DNA from: Mytilus californianus
Taxonomy: Eukaryota
DNA length: 64,000 nucleotides
NCBI RefSeq assembly: GCF_021869535.1
Contig: NW_026262690.1
Location: 109,244,001 to 109,308,000 of the forward strand
Direction of reading: 5' to 3'
Positions within the stretch are counted from its first letter, which is position 1; the number at the start of each line of letters is the position of its first letter. Of the stretch, positions 1 to 11,530 are shown piece by piece. The translations under genes and the position numbers were made by a program. Below the pieces are notes generated by a model that saw nothing but the letters and a program-made list of their open reading frames with translations, searched no databases and was not told the origin of the DNA.

Positions 1-219
1 ATGTTCCTTTTGTAATTGTTCATTTATAAAATCTAATCTTTGTATTCTTTTTTTATTCCATTCTGATTGTGCTTTTTCTAATTTTTCTATAGCTTTATCA
101 TGTCTTATTTTCTCTTCATTTGCATTACTACCCATATGTGAAAATAAATAATTACTCCCTGAAAATGCAAAAGCATTTGTTATTGCCCCACCAAGCATCA
201 TTGTTAAAGCACTTGCCAT
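1..219 (-). CDS. Small viral-type protein, 5' part only (runs off the window edge): Gly/Ala-rich hydrophobic N-terminus followed by a coiled coil
   Basis: Not in the ORF track; translated by hand from ATG at 219: MASALTMMLGGAITNAFAFSGSNYLFSHMGSNANEEKIRHDKAIEKLEKAQSEWNKKRIQRLDFINEQLQKEH (73 codons, no stop). Starts 16 nt after the 78-aa ORF on the same strand. Confidence 0.8.
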   Translation of the reverse strand, partial: MASALTMMLGGAITNAFAFSGSNYLFSHMGSNANEEKIRHDKAIEKLEKAQSEWNKKRIQRLDFINEQLQKEH

Positions 220-235
220 TTTATAAAAACAAAAA

Positions 236-472
236 TTACTTCATGATATCAGCAGGTATAATACCTTGCTTAATCAACATATCTTTTGTTGCTATCGCAA
301 GTAATATATCAATGGATAACATTACAACATCATTCATATTAAAATCCACTTTTGGTGCTGGCCTCCTTAATACCTTTTTACCTATTTCTGCATATCCAAC
401 TGTTAACAATGTTTCCACTCCAGCATGATATAACATATTTGCTATTTGTTTTCCGTCTTTTTGAGTTGTCAT
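236..472 (-). CDS. 78-aa small hydrophobic protein of the ATPase cassette (putative virion membrane/structural protein)
   Basis: Intact ORF tightly packed between co-oriented neighbours, TAAAATG start context, two moderately hydrophobic helices. Function is inferred. Confidence 0.7.
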   Translation of the reverse strand: MTTQKDGKQIANMLYHAGVETLLTVGYAEIGKKVLRRPAPKVDFNMNDVVMLSIDILLAIATKDMLIKQGIIPADIMK

Positions 473-487
473 TTTAATGTACTAAAT

Positions 488-886
488 TTAATTAAATTCA
501 AAAGGATCAATTTCTTTCTTTTGTTTTTCTGGTTTTGTTATTTCTTTAATCATTCTTTCTGGTTTCTTACTTTGGATGTAAAAAAACAATCCCAATCCAA
601 CAATACTTATAGGAAAAAGTACAAATTTGTAATCAACTAGGGAACTGGAGTGTTTTTTGACAGAAGGGATATGTTCGTTTGATTCATAATCTGTTTCTGT
701 ATCAGAATCTTTTGTTATTTGTTTGATTTTTGAATTTTCTTTTTTTAATTTTTCCACTTCTTTTTTTCTCAATTCTGCATTTCTTATTCTTACTTCTGCA
801 CCTTTCTTACCAGCAGCTACTCTTTTTGGGTCTTTTGGTTTGGGTTTTTTAAATACTTCTTTTTGTTCAGGATTTTCATTCATCAT
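488..886 (-). CDS. 132-aa Lys-rich protein with a C-terminal transmembrane segment
   Basis: Basic N-terminus (KKPKPKDPKRVAAGKKG), charged helix, TM-like FVLFPISIVGLGLFFYI. Overlaps the upstream ORF by 11 nt. Confidence 0.75.
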   Translation of the reverse strand: MMNENPEQKEVFKKPKPKDPKRVAAGKKGAEVRIRNAELRKKEVEKLKKENSKIKQITKDSDTETDYESNEHIPSVKKHSSSLVDYKFVLFPISIVGLGLFFYIQSKKPERMIKEITKPEKQKKEIDPFEFN

Positions 887-1514
887 TTTTTATGTCATTA
901 TTTTCATCTTTTTTTCGGAAATCGAGCGAAGCGAATGGTTCAATATGTCTTGCTGTTGTTAATATTGCAGTAAAAGGAGCAAGATACATTCCATATCTAT
1001 AGTACAGTTCACAACATGTATTAGTTAAAGCATTATTGATAAAAGGATCTTCCTCTAAGTCTTGTATTAAAATTGGTGGATTAACAACTTTGAAAAACTT
1101 TGATACACCCATGACATATAAATTTATAAAAGAGTTTCCTAATGTCTTGGTCATACTAGCTCCCAATCTTGCTTCATATTTACAGTATAGTTTGTTTATT
1201 TGCTCTGTTGTCATTTTATCAATATCTGACAGTTGTAATTCTTTACCCAGATATTGTTTACTACTCCCACCAGCAACAACGGATGATAATCTTTCGCGTT
1301 TTTTTTCTTGAAGGGAACCGTTCACTTCGCTCGCTTCATCATCAATATTTATGTTTTCCACAATTTGCTCACTTAATAATTCTTCAGCATTCATTTTATA
1401 CGTTTCAAAAAACGGATATAATTTATTTTTAACTTTAAAAAAATTAAATACAACATATCCAACCAATGATAAGACTGCAGTGTTTGTTGCAATTGTTAGT
1501 ATTTCCAACAGCAT
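876..1514 (-). CDS. 212-aa protein with an N-terminal signal anchor/TM, part of the ATPase cassette
   Basis: Intact ORF with hydrophobic N-terminus MLLEILTIATNTAVLSLVGYVVFNFF; co-oriented with the ATPase. Confidence 0.75.
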   Translation of the reverse strand: MLLEILTIATNTAVLSLVGYVVFNFFKVKNKLYPFFETYKMNAEELLSEQIVENINIDDEASEVNGSLQEKKRERLSSVVAGGSSKQYLGKELQLSDIDKMTTEQINKLYCKYEARLGASMTKTLGNSFINLYVMGVSKFFKVVNPPILIQDLEEDPFINNALTNTCCELYYRYGMYLAPFTAILTTARHIEPFASLDFRKKDENNDIKNDE

Positions 1515-1526
1515 TGCTTTTTTTTA

Positions 1527-1700
1527 TTGCTTATTTTGGTTAAATTACTTAAGAATTACTTATTTTGGTTAAATTACTTAAGAATTACTTAAGCATTACT
1601 TAAGCATTATTTTGCTTATTTTGGTTAAAAATTTTGGTTAAATTACTTAAGAATTACTTAAGCATTACTTAAGCATTACTTAAGCATTACTTGAGAATTG
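1527..1700. repeat. Intergenic tandem array of ~11-bp units (TAAGCATTACT/TAAGAATTACT) interspersed with TTATTTTGGTTAAATTAC
   Basis: About 10-12 units visible, filling almost the whole gap between the ATPase stop (1710) and the next start (1514). Confidence 0.9.
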
Positions 1701-1709
1701 CTAAAAAAA

Positions 1710-2369
1710 TTAATCAAGTAACCAATAATCAGTAGGTTGATCTGTCTTTAATATTAATTTACGATGTTTCTTTTTTTTAAGTTCTTCCTTTATTCTTTGT
1801 CTTTCTTCCAAAGTAGGAATAACATCATTTTCTCTTAGGCAATTATCAAAACTATCTCTATCTTTTGTGTAGAACATGCATAACCATTTTGTTTGTTCTC
1901 TTAAATCTTTTAAAACAGAGTTGTATCTCTGTGAAATGATCCACACTGATTGTTCCGCATGTCTTCCTGAAAATGCAAGCTCGGACAGCATATCTTTTTT
2001 CTTTGTTAGTTCTTTTGTTGCACTGCAGTCATCAATGATATATAATGTTGGATGACCAGCATATTTTTTAAAGAACATTCTTAGTAGTTCTTGTAGCTTC
2101 TCTTCTTCTTTGACAATAGGATTAACAATTATTAGATTTTTTGTTTTTGGTTTTCTAACATCACCAATCCATTCACGATTTTTGTATGCTTTGTTCCATT
2201 GAATTGTTGGACAAAGTATGACTATATATTTGAAAACTCCACTATATTCTCCTTCTAATAAATCAAGAACAAACTCTGTTTTTCCACATCCTGTTTGTCC
2301 ACATATAATAACACAATGTGGATATTTTGGTAATTCGGAGTGTATCTCGCTCCGCTCGTTTGTTTCCAT
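1710..2369 (-). CDS. A32-like (FtsK/HerA superfamily) DNA-packaging ATPase, Polinton/Maverick-adintovirus type
   Basis: Walker A GQTGCGKT, Walker B LYIIDD, SGRH arginine-finger motif and downstream IISQ sensor; 219 aa, intronless. This motif order is characteristic of A32-type packaging ATPases. Confidence 0.9.
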   Translation of the reverse strand: METNERSEIHSELPKYPHCVIICGQTGCGKTEFVLDLLEGEYSGVFKYIVILCPTIQWNKAYKNREWIGDVRKPKTKNLIIVNPIVKEEEKLQELLRMFFKKYAGHPTLYIIDDCSATKELTKKKDMLSELAFSGRHAEQSVWIISQRYNSVLKDLREQTKWLCMFYTKDRDSFDNCLRENDVIPTLEERQRIKEELKKKKHRKLILKTDQPTDYWLLD

Positions 2370-3326
2370 TTTTTAAGGAAAAACACTTAATTTTTTTTTT
2401 CTCTTAAATCCCACAGAATTCTTTCTTCGCCTGTTCTCCCGGTTTTTTTATTTATTTTTTTTTTGGAATTTTTTTGTTGTTTTTTGGGTGTTTTTAATAA
2501 CGTTTTTTTCCAAAGTAAAAAAAAATTTTTTTGGGAGTAAGAAAATTTTGGTGTTTTTGCGTTTTTTTTGCTTTTTTTTTTATGAAAATTTAGGGCTCTT
2601 TTACTTGAAATGAGGGTAATTTTTTGGGGGTCAAATTTTTTTTTTTTGGAGGGGGGGGTATAGGTGTGTGATATTGTGTAGGGTTGCTCAAAACTTCTAT
2701 AAATTTAAGCCTATGAAACATAAAGCGCAGGCTACGACAAACTAAATATTCAAATCACATATGTAAAACGTTACAATAAACAATTTGTTTAAAAGACCTG
2801 TCTTGTCGACGCAAGCGCTCTATGGATCCAGTAAAAAAAATATGGAAATTTACCTGTTTTATTTAATTTACGTGGAAAATCAATATGTGTGCTACATGTT
2901 GTTGTGACGTCATGAAAAGAACGCAAATACATGAATTCTCAACATAAAACTGTCGTATAAATTGCTCATAAATTTTGTCATGACTAAAGACTGAATGACT
3001 AGTCCAGGACTCGGTTCCTCATCATTATTTGGTTCAAGGAGTAGGTTCGATAAGGCCCTACAATGCTCTGGGTGAGGGGTAATGGGGACTTAAATACTTA
3101 ATTGATAGGGGTGCCACTAGGGTTCTGTTCATATAATTTAGGTTTTAAAAATGTATACCTTTTCCTATATTGCGTAGATAAAAATGTAACCTTTTCCCAT
3201 ATTGGTTGGATTTTGTGTGGTGAGTTGGAAAAAGTGGAATACCAAAGTATCAAAAGAGAGAAAAATTTTGGATAAAACACAGCCAGAATGGGGACTTTAT
3301 TGACCTTATCATATATTTCTTATATA

Positions 3327-4780
3327 CAGTCCGCCAAAAGTTAAGCACCACCTATCTTTGTTGCATCGAAATTTTTTTCATTCAAAAAAACCAGTTTATC
3401 CTCGAAAAAGAGAAAATATTCATGTAGCAATTTTGCTAACATATGCTATAAACAAACCATAAACTTAAGTTTGGTCACTGATGCAGGTTCTATGCATTTG
3501 AATTTTGTGTTCATAGAAATAGTGAAAATAACATAAATCAGAAACGGAATTTAAGTTTTACTTTGATTTTTTTTTTTTACAACAATTTATCACCCAAAAT
3601 CATTAAAAGTCTCTACAAATAATCTTTGGTATGTTCGGCAAATTTAATGTCAATATTTAAGTCAATAGGATGTGTAAACACCTCTCTTCCGGTACAGTTC
3701 CATAACACGGCGTCTCATATTCTGTACAAGCCTTCTGAACTTTAGTTGAGCAAATTTATTCCATTTATCAACAATTGCCCCTCTAAAATCGCCACGATTT
3801 TGCAAAGGTGGATCTCTGCGATTGAGATTTCTGCCAATGGCATTCCAGACATGTTCGATAGGGTTCGGGTCTGGAGACATGGAAGGCCAAAAGATAGTGT
3901 CAATAGCTTCTTGGTCTTTGTAATCGGTTACAATTCCTTGCCCTGTGTGGTCTAGCGTTGTCGTCCATGTACGAGGGTCTTGACGCAAGTTGGGGATTCT
4001 CAAAATGAGGGACTACAGTGTTTCTAAGCACAAAACCCCTGTATGTCTGTCTGTTCATGTTACCCTGCAAAATATGCATACCCAGCTTACAACAGTATGG
4101 GAAGAAACCCCATACTGTAACACCACCATCAACGATTGCTGTCGTTGGGCAATTGTTGTTTTGGTGATAGGCAGTTTTATTTCCCCGCCAAACTCGTATT
4201 CTGCCGTCTATTGGTCGTAACAGAAACCAACTCTCATCTGACCAATGAATATTTTGCCAGATTCTCATGTTCCATCGTCGACGGTCATTAGCCCTTTGAA
4301 ACCTAATTATACGGTGCCTGGCTGTCATTTGACAACACGACGTGCTCTTAGGAAGCCTCTATGAAGTCGACGGACCAATGTTCGAACACTAACACGACCA
4401 CCTGGAGGCCAGTGGTGTCTAAATTATGGGGTAGGAGTAAATGGGTTGGCTTTAGCACGACCAATAAGTAGTCTGTCATCACGATAGGTAGTTAAACGGG
4501 GTCTTCCGGACCTTGGTCTATCATTTACAGTTCCTGTGTCATTATGACGTTGTAAAAATCTGACAATGACGGTGCGATTAACATTGAAATGGTTACCAAT
4601 GCTCCTAGTGCTCCTACCGGCATTTGACATGTCAATTGCTGTCAACGTTCAGTCACAGATAACTTACCTCTTGTCATATTTCACAGTGACTTGATGAAGG
4701 TCAGATTTCACCTGTACGCTGGACAGTAGGAAGATGAACCTATTTTCAAGCTGGAAAATATGACCTATTCCAGCGGCACG
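3327..4780 (-). mobile_element. Tc1/mariner DNA transposon, decayed; only one terminal inverted repeat found
   Basis: TA followed by CAGTCCGCCAAAAGTTAAGCACCACC at 3327 is a Tc1-like end; transposase remnants lie inside. The opposite TIR was not found, so the 4780 boundary is approximate. Confidence 0.8.
3662..4677 (-). pseudogene. Tc1-family DDE transposase pseudogene
   Basis: Start MTRGKLSVTER* at 4677; HTH region with RPRSGRPR; WSDES (D1), MDDNARPH (D2), WPSMSPDPNPIEHVW (E). Split over several frames by stops and frameshifts. Confidence 0.93.
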
Positions 4781-4960
4781 TCCTATCACCTTGTATATGG
4801 GAAGTGGCCCCCGAGCTAAAATGACCCTATTTCTAGCTAAAATTTCAAATTAGTATTTATTGACAAGTTCACAATGAATCATAGTTAAAACATTGACTAG
4901 TTAGGAAATATACCTTCGTGTAGTTTTTCCTTGACGGAGTTTGAGTTTGAGTATTTTTTT

Positions 4961-5066
4961 ACCTTGGCCTATTTTTGAGGTCATACTTGAGTTTTTTTTT
5001 ATCTTGGACTATGTTTTAGGTCATACTGAAGTTTTTTTTACCTTGGCCTATTTTTGAGGTCAAACT
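4961..5066. repeat. Three ~40-bp tandem units (ACCTTGGCCTATTTTTGAGGTCATAC...)
   Basis: Units start at about 4961, 5001 and 5040. Confidence 0.8.
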
Positions 5067-8000
5067 GTTTTTTTTTCTTGTTTGATTTATGTGGTATAAG
5101 CAAGTTTGATAAAAGATCATTTCTAGAACTGGTGGTGAATTATAAAAGGTTTGAGAAAATAATTTTTTTTTAAGTTTAGCAACCATTATATCAAATTGAA
5201 TTTAGTTGATTTTTGAAGGGATTTCTGCACGTTATCCTTAAACACGGCGACAAAGGAAAATAACTCGGACTCATATCAGGTTATTTAAAAACTATATACA
5301 GTTACTCATTTTATGTTACCTTATAATCGAGTGATGAATGCCCTGATGCTTGATAAGGATTAATTTCAAATAAATTTATGTAACACACGTGTCATTTAAG
5401 GAAAATAAACCACCATAAAATTCACAGTATCACGGCTTGATATGAGTACAGTATTTTATAGATGACAAAAACCACAATTTTGATTGATTTCAATAAAAAC
5501 AAAAGAATGAGTTCGGGAAAACATTCATACTGTGATTCATTATCTTCACCAAACTTCTGTCGGAAAGTATTATTGTCTCTGAGATATAAACCAATTGATG
5601 TTTTGGTAAATAATGTTCTTCGATTCAAAAATGAAAAACTTGCAATATTGTATCAACATTGTCTCAGGCATATTTGATGTATACATTGTATATGTTAAAT
5701 CATTGAAGTAGATTGTATTCAGGTTTATCAATTAAATTCCTGTTGGTTTCAAATTCTGAGTATGCGGGTGAAACAGTCTTCGGGGAAATGACTCTATCTC
5801 GTTTCAGTGGTATATTCAAACGCATTGTATTATTCAGTGAAGCCCAGTTTCTTGTAAGCTAAAGTATCCCGACAATAAATGTTTAGTCTCAATAGTATCT
5901 AATATCATAAACGGTGACGGACCACCGATAGACAGAGAACAGGTAGGATTTCCGTTTATTCTTAAATTGTAATTTGTATGAAATTGAAGAATATTAATAC
6001 ACATAGAATTATTTTTGATTGTGAGATGTAATATTTTCTACAACCGTTCTAGATTAATGGAGAAATAAGCAAACATACACCGTCAAAATAATGACTAGAG
6101 TGAACTTTACCTCGAATTTGTTTAATTTCTCATTATATTGCGCACATTGTACTGAAAGAAACGTATGCGGAAAGATGGATATTGCAGGATTAGCTTCTTT
6201 GAGCACATCATTAGTTGCATTTCTATGCATGGAACGAATGAAACGGTTCCTGTCAAAATGGAAGGACCCGGTTTTGTCTTTATGAAGGACCCGGTTTTGT
6301 TTCGTTTTGAAACCACAAATTTATAAAAAGCAGCACGAATCTGGACATTTTTCGTCCAAAGAAATTTACTATACTAATATATGAGCTCGTTAATGAAAAC
6401 TCATGTGCTATTCCGGCTTTAAACAACACCAATGTCACAATGACCAATGGAAAATGAAAATGAGGTCAGTGTCAAATGAACCCTGCCAGAAAAACATGTG
6501 CACCATATACCAAGAACAGTTGACCCATTACTTACAGAAATAAAGATACAGACTTGATCAAAACAATTTAACCTTCTTCACTGACCCATAAAATGAGGTC
6601 AAGGTAAGGTGAATCTGTCTGATGAACAGTTAAGTAGAACTTGTAAGGACCCCATATAAAACAAATACCTATATATATGGACGGAATTTTTGTAAACAAT
6701 AAATGCTAGCATAACATGGACAAACAAGTGAGTAATCTACATTGTATGTTTAAAATGTTATAACGAAAATTTCTGTAATAAAGTCTGTGGAATTTCTGTG
6801 AAAAAAATTGCCTAATTTGCCACAAAATTCATATTTTCTATTTAATGCAATGAAACAATAAATATCATTTCTCTGAACGGTGTTTCCCTTTGGTATATGT
6901 ACAAAATGCATCTTTTATTCAGTACTTTTGCTGTTTTGATATTATTGCACTTTGAAAATTTCCGAATAGAGAGGCCTATTTAGAAGGGGTCGCAAACCTT
7001 AATAGTCCCAACGTGGGGTAAGAAGATTTTTCAACGCATAATTATTGTGATCCTTTGCGCGATAGGATAATTTTCAAGGGCATTTCTGTTTAAGTATATG
7101 ATCAACATTTTGCGTTCAATTAAACTATCACAGGAAATATGATCCCCTGCCCGAGGTAGAGTGGATTGTTTACTTTGATAAACATCCTGTTGTCCTAGAT
7201 AATCACATCTTCAATTTTCGAGGCTGTACACTATCCAAGTTTGAACACTAAATTTTACAGAATTCACATCGAAAAATGTATAGAGAGCTGAGAGCATCAA
7301 ATTGAGTTACACTTTGTATTTGGATTTCGCCGTTAGTCAGAGGCGGAAGAATCCATAGCGATATATAGTCAAACTCATCAGTCTATAACAAACTGACAAA
7401 AAAACAAAAATAAAAAAAATCTACCAAAATTTTGTTTTATTAGAAAAATTGGCGCTAGGTGGGTTTTTTTTGCAAGCTGGGTAGTTTTTAGATATTGTTG
7501 AAGAATGAAGAAATCATAAAATTACAGAGAAATACATAAGGTCTTCGACATTTATAGAATCCAAATCAAAATGAATTTCTTGCTTGTTTACATGAAATTA
7601 TACGTATCTTTAAAGGTTAATTAACAACTGGTAGAAAATCATTAAGCATCATGATCGTTTCTAGAAGGTCCAGGTTTTTTTTTAAAGAAAGACCCACCAG
7701 CAAGACAATTTAACGTTAGGAGTTGGACGTGTAAAAAGTCTATGCATAAAGATTATATATGAATGACGAAAATTATTGAATAGTGTATCTATATATAGGG
7801 TGTATCTAAAATCCCGCTGGTGCACATCCCCAGACCCCTTTGCTTAAATTGTTTTAGGAGTGCGCTATGGCCGAAATTCAATGTAACTATAGATTGAGAT
7901 ATCAATAATATAAGAGGGTCTGGACGAGGTTTTCTTCAAATCTGCATTCTCTATGCTTTATGGATTTTGCACATTATTCTCTTTTCTTTATTATTTTTCT

Positions 8001-8159
8001 CCATTCTATTTTTTTTACCCATTTTCTGTAATATTAGCCCTTTATTCCAAATTTGTAAACCCCATTCAGACCCTCATATAACTATTCTTTTTTTTTTTAT
8101 TACAGAACAAGTCATCAATTTGTGGTAAAACATTAACGTTAAATAAATAAATCGATGCA

Positions 8160-8770
8160 TTAACACGTTACTTAGTAACATCCGCAAGCAGACATCTCAC
8201 TAAGAACTATTTACACACGCGCATAGCAGAGCCTCAAAATTAAAAAAAAACAAACATATTTACCCTATACAATTATGTGGAATTTTAGCATACTCCCTTG
8301 ACTGCCACCTTAAATGCGTCCAATACAGGGAAGGCTATCACAGGTGGTTGTGGTTGGTTCCATAAGATGATTGTTCGTGGAAATATCGAGTATTTGCACA
8401 CATTTACATTTGTCCGATTTCCGATTTGTCTGAAATTTCCATGCATGGCTGTGGCGAGTTGATTTTATTTCTGCCATAGCAGGGCGATGTTGAATAGGTA
8501 CGGCAATAAGGTGGTGGACTACCTTATACAAGAGAATTACGTCTGATGTTTTTCGCCTCTGATCTAATGTTTCCCAATTTAAATTTTTTACCATTTTTGT
8601 TGTGCTGTCTGTTTTTTTGTAATCGTGTAATTTATTGAGGACAAATCTTGCTGCGCTCTTTTTGACAGATTCTAATTTATTGATGTTGGTGTTTATATGG
8701 GGAATCCAAATTGTTGAGCTGTATTCTAATTTTGGTCTCACGAGGCTGGTATATGTACAAGAATATGTGT
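8160..8770 (-). mobile_element. 5'-truncated non-LTR retrotransposon (CR1/L2/Jockey-type): RT C-terminus plus 3' UTR
   Basis: ORF 8310-8741 RPKLEYSSTIW...KLESVKKSAARFV...LNWETLDQRR matches the conserved post-RT region of LINEs. Clade not resolved; boundaries approximate. Confidence 0.8.
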
Positions 8771-9479
8771 CAACAGGACACCAATCCCCGCTCGCACTAT
8801 TACATATTCATGTCAATTTTGCATATTTGTTAAACAAATCTCTACATAATAATACCAAATTTCATTTTGATGTGATCTAACCTCATACATGCTATAACTG
8901 ACATTTCCTTGAAAACTAACCCTTGAAATCAGGGTCAAACCATAAAGGCAAGTGGCGCTAAGGGCCGTATTTGGAGCCCGTCGCCACTTTCATTTAATTT
9001 GTCATGTTGTAATCTTTGGAAAATCATGACATTTTGTATTTACTTTATATACCGGTATTTTGTTCGTAGCAACATTTATAATGAGGGTGATAAAATTAAT
9101 AAATATTAATATACAGCTTGAATTTATTTCTATGACAGATTGATCATTCAACCGGGTGAACAGGACATTTATACATCTATATGCCCTTTCAGTGTTACAC
9201 AAAATTAAGTGCATACTTTTTGGCAATTATTTTTATATTTTAATTTTGAGATTTTTGGAATTATAACAGATAATAGTAGATGCATGCTGCAAATATACTA
9301 AACCTCGAAGGAAAATGTCAAAGATAGGAAAAAATCTTAATACTATCAACAAACAAACAAGCTATATATATAGACAAATAACTAATATTCAAGATAATTT
9401 TGTAACGTAATAGCTAGGGGCCTCGATGGACGAGTTGTCTTAAGTAATTCAACTAGAGCGATCAATATCCTGTAAACAC

Positions 9480-9610
9480 TGAGATTGTGCGTTTGAACCC
9501 GCTCTTGGCAGGTGCATTCGCCGTACTCTGACCTTAACTGACTTGTATTCGCCACGATATAGCACATAGTAATAAAAGTGGTGTTAAACATCAGCAATTA
9601 ATCAATCAAT
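9480..9610 (+). mobile_element. Degenerate tRNA-derived SINE fragment
   Basis: B-box-like GTTTGAACCC, a 3' segment CGCCACGATATAG...AAAGTGGTGTTAAACA and an (ATCA)n-like tail. Confidence 0.45.
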
Positions 9611-10556
9611 GTAACGAACATCCAGAGTCTTTTGTGGAATACAATATATCCCTTGTTGTCATGGCGAACTAGCTCATCATCGTTTTTTTTTTCACAAGCT
9701 GATACATCTACGCCATAGATATTCTTTATTATTTAAATAATATTTACACATATTGTCTCGTGCTATAGGTGGAGTCCGTAAAATGTTTTTTTCATACATG
9801 TGAGGTGTATACTTTTGTACTTTTACATTTATGTCATAACAATTGCCGTATATGAAGTAAAGTACATACGTTCTCTCTTTCAACCCCAAATGAACTGACT
9901 GGTAAAGGCAAAAATTGTACTGCCTGATCTTCCCTCGTCACGAAGTACACCCTCGCGCTGAAGTGTCCGTCCACTCGGAATGGATACGTTACATCCGATG
10001 CTCCTGCATGCGAATTCCACACACTTTACACGTTAAATAAGTCTTGTAATATCGCCATTATGGGTCTGTTGCCTATTGCAAGGCAAAATTTCTGCTTTAC
10101 CCTACACGCTAACTTTTAAAAGAGGCATTTATTCTTGCCGACCTACCTTGGAGAATCGACATATTTTTATGGAAAGCCTAAGCTGTCATATATTAGAGAT
10201 TTACAAAACGTTATGCTGAAGCTTAAAATGTAAAGCTAAGACAGCATGATGTTGAATTGAGTCATCAACATGCTAACTCTAAATTACAATATGCTAAGTT
10301 GAATCTGCGCAATGTTGACTTGCAATGACAAGTGCTTTAGTCGTGATAGTATAATGATAAGTCACGATGTTGTGATGATATGCCAAACACACGTAACGTT
10401 GGGTTTAAAGTACATGATGTGAAGTTGACGATGTATGATGTTAGCTTGCAGATGGATACTGCTCAGTCATCCACTTCGATAGCTATGATTACAAATAAAA
10501 TTACAAATAGCTAAAATGTATGGTTCTGACTAGTTATTAATAAATGTTGAGCTGAG

Positions 10557-11530
10557 ATAGTACGATGTTATATCATTGTGATATTACGATAGGTCTATCA
10601 TGCAATCTGTTGATATAAAACGCCATGATGCACAGTTGAAAGTACATGATGTTAAGTTAAGATAACACGATGCTACACCACTATATTGAAACGAAAGGCT
10701 TACCATACAATTTGTTGACTTAAAACAACACGATGCAACGTGTTAAGCTAAGATGCTCACTTGAAACTACACGACGTACAGTTGAAATTTTTTAATGTTA
10801 AGCTACGATATCACGTTGTTATATCATTAGAATGTCACGATAGGCTTACCACACGATATACTCATTTAAAACTACACGACGTACAGTTGAAAGTACGTGA
10901 TGTTGAGCTATGATATCACTATCTTATATCATAATAATATCACGATAGGCTTGTCATACAATATGCCCATTTAAAACTATACGACGTACAGTTGAAAGTA
11001 CGTGTTGTTCAGCTAAGATAACACGATGTTATATCATTATAATGTCACGATAGGCTTATTATACAATTTGCTCATTTAAAATTACACCACGTACAGCTGA
11101 AAGTACGTGATGTTAGGCTAAGATAGCACGTTGTTATATAATTAGAATGTCACGATAGGCTTTCTAAACGATATGCTCATTTAAAACTACATGACTTTCA
11201 GTTGAAACTAGGTGATGTTAAGCTAAGATAGCATGCTGTTATATCATTCGAATGTCTCGATAGGCTTACCATACAATATGCTCATTTAAAACTATACAAC
11301 GTACAATTGAAAGTATGTGATGTTGAGCTATGATAGCACGATGTTATATCATAATAGTATCACGATAGGCTTGCCATACAATATGCTCATTCAAAACTAC
11401 ACGACGTACAGTTGAAAGTACGTGTTGTTCAGCTAAGATAGCACGATGTTATATCATTATGACGTCACGAGAGGCTTAATTATCATACAATGTGTTGACT
11501 TGAAACTACACGATGTAAATTTGAAGTAGT
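10557..11530 (+). repeat. 105-bp tandem array (~9 units) in the left foldback arm
   Basis: GTACAGTTGAAAG-like anchor at 10881, 10986, 11091, 11196, 11301 and 11406 gives an exact 105-bp period. Confidence 0.95.

Noticed and set aside
2380-2720. Possible terminus/TIR of the Polinton-like element in the T- and G-run region
   Set aside because: No AG-type terminal repeat or TSD can be identified without the other end, which lies outside the window.
4680-5400. Second TIR of the Tc1 element
   Set aside because: The reverse complement of CAGTCCGCCAAAAGTTAAGCACC was not found by eye.
10557-11530. CRISPR-like appearance of the regularly spaced repeats
   Set aside because: The whole 105-bp unit is repeated with no unique spacers, the context is eukaryotic, and there are no cas genes.
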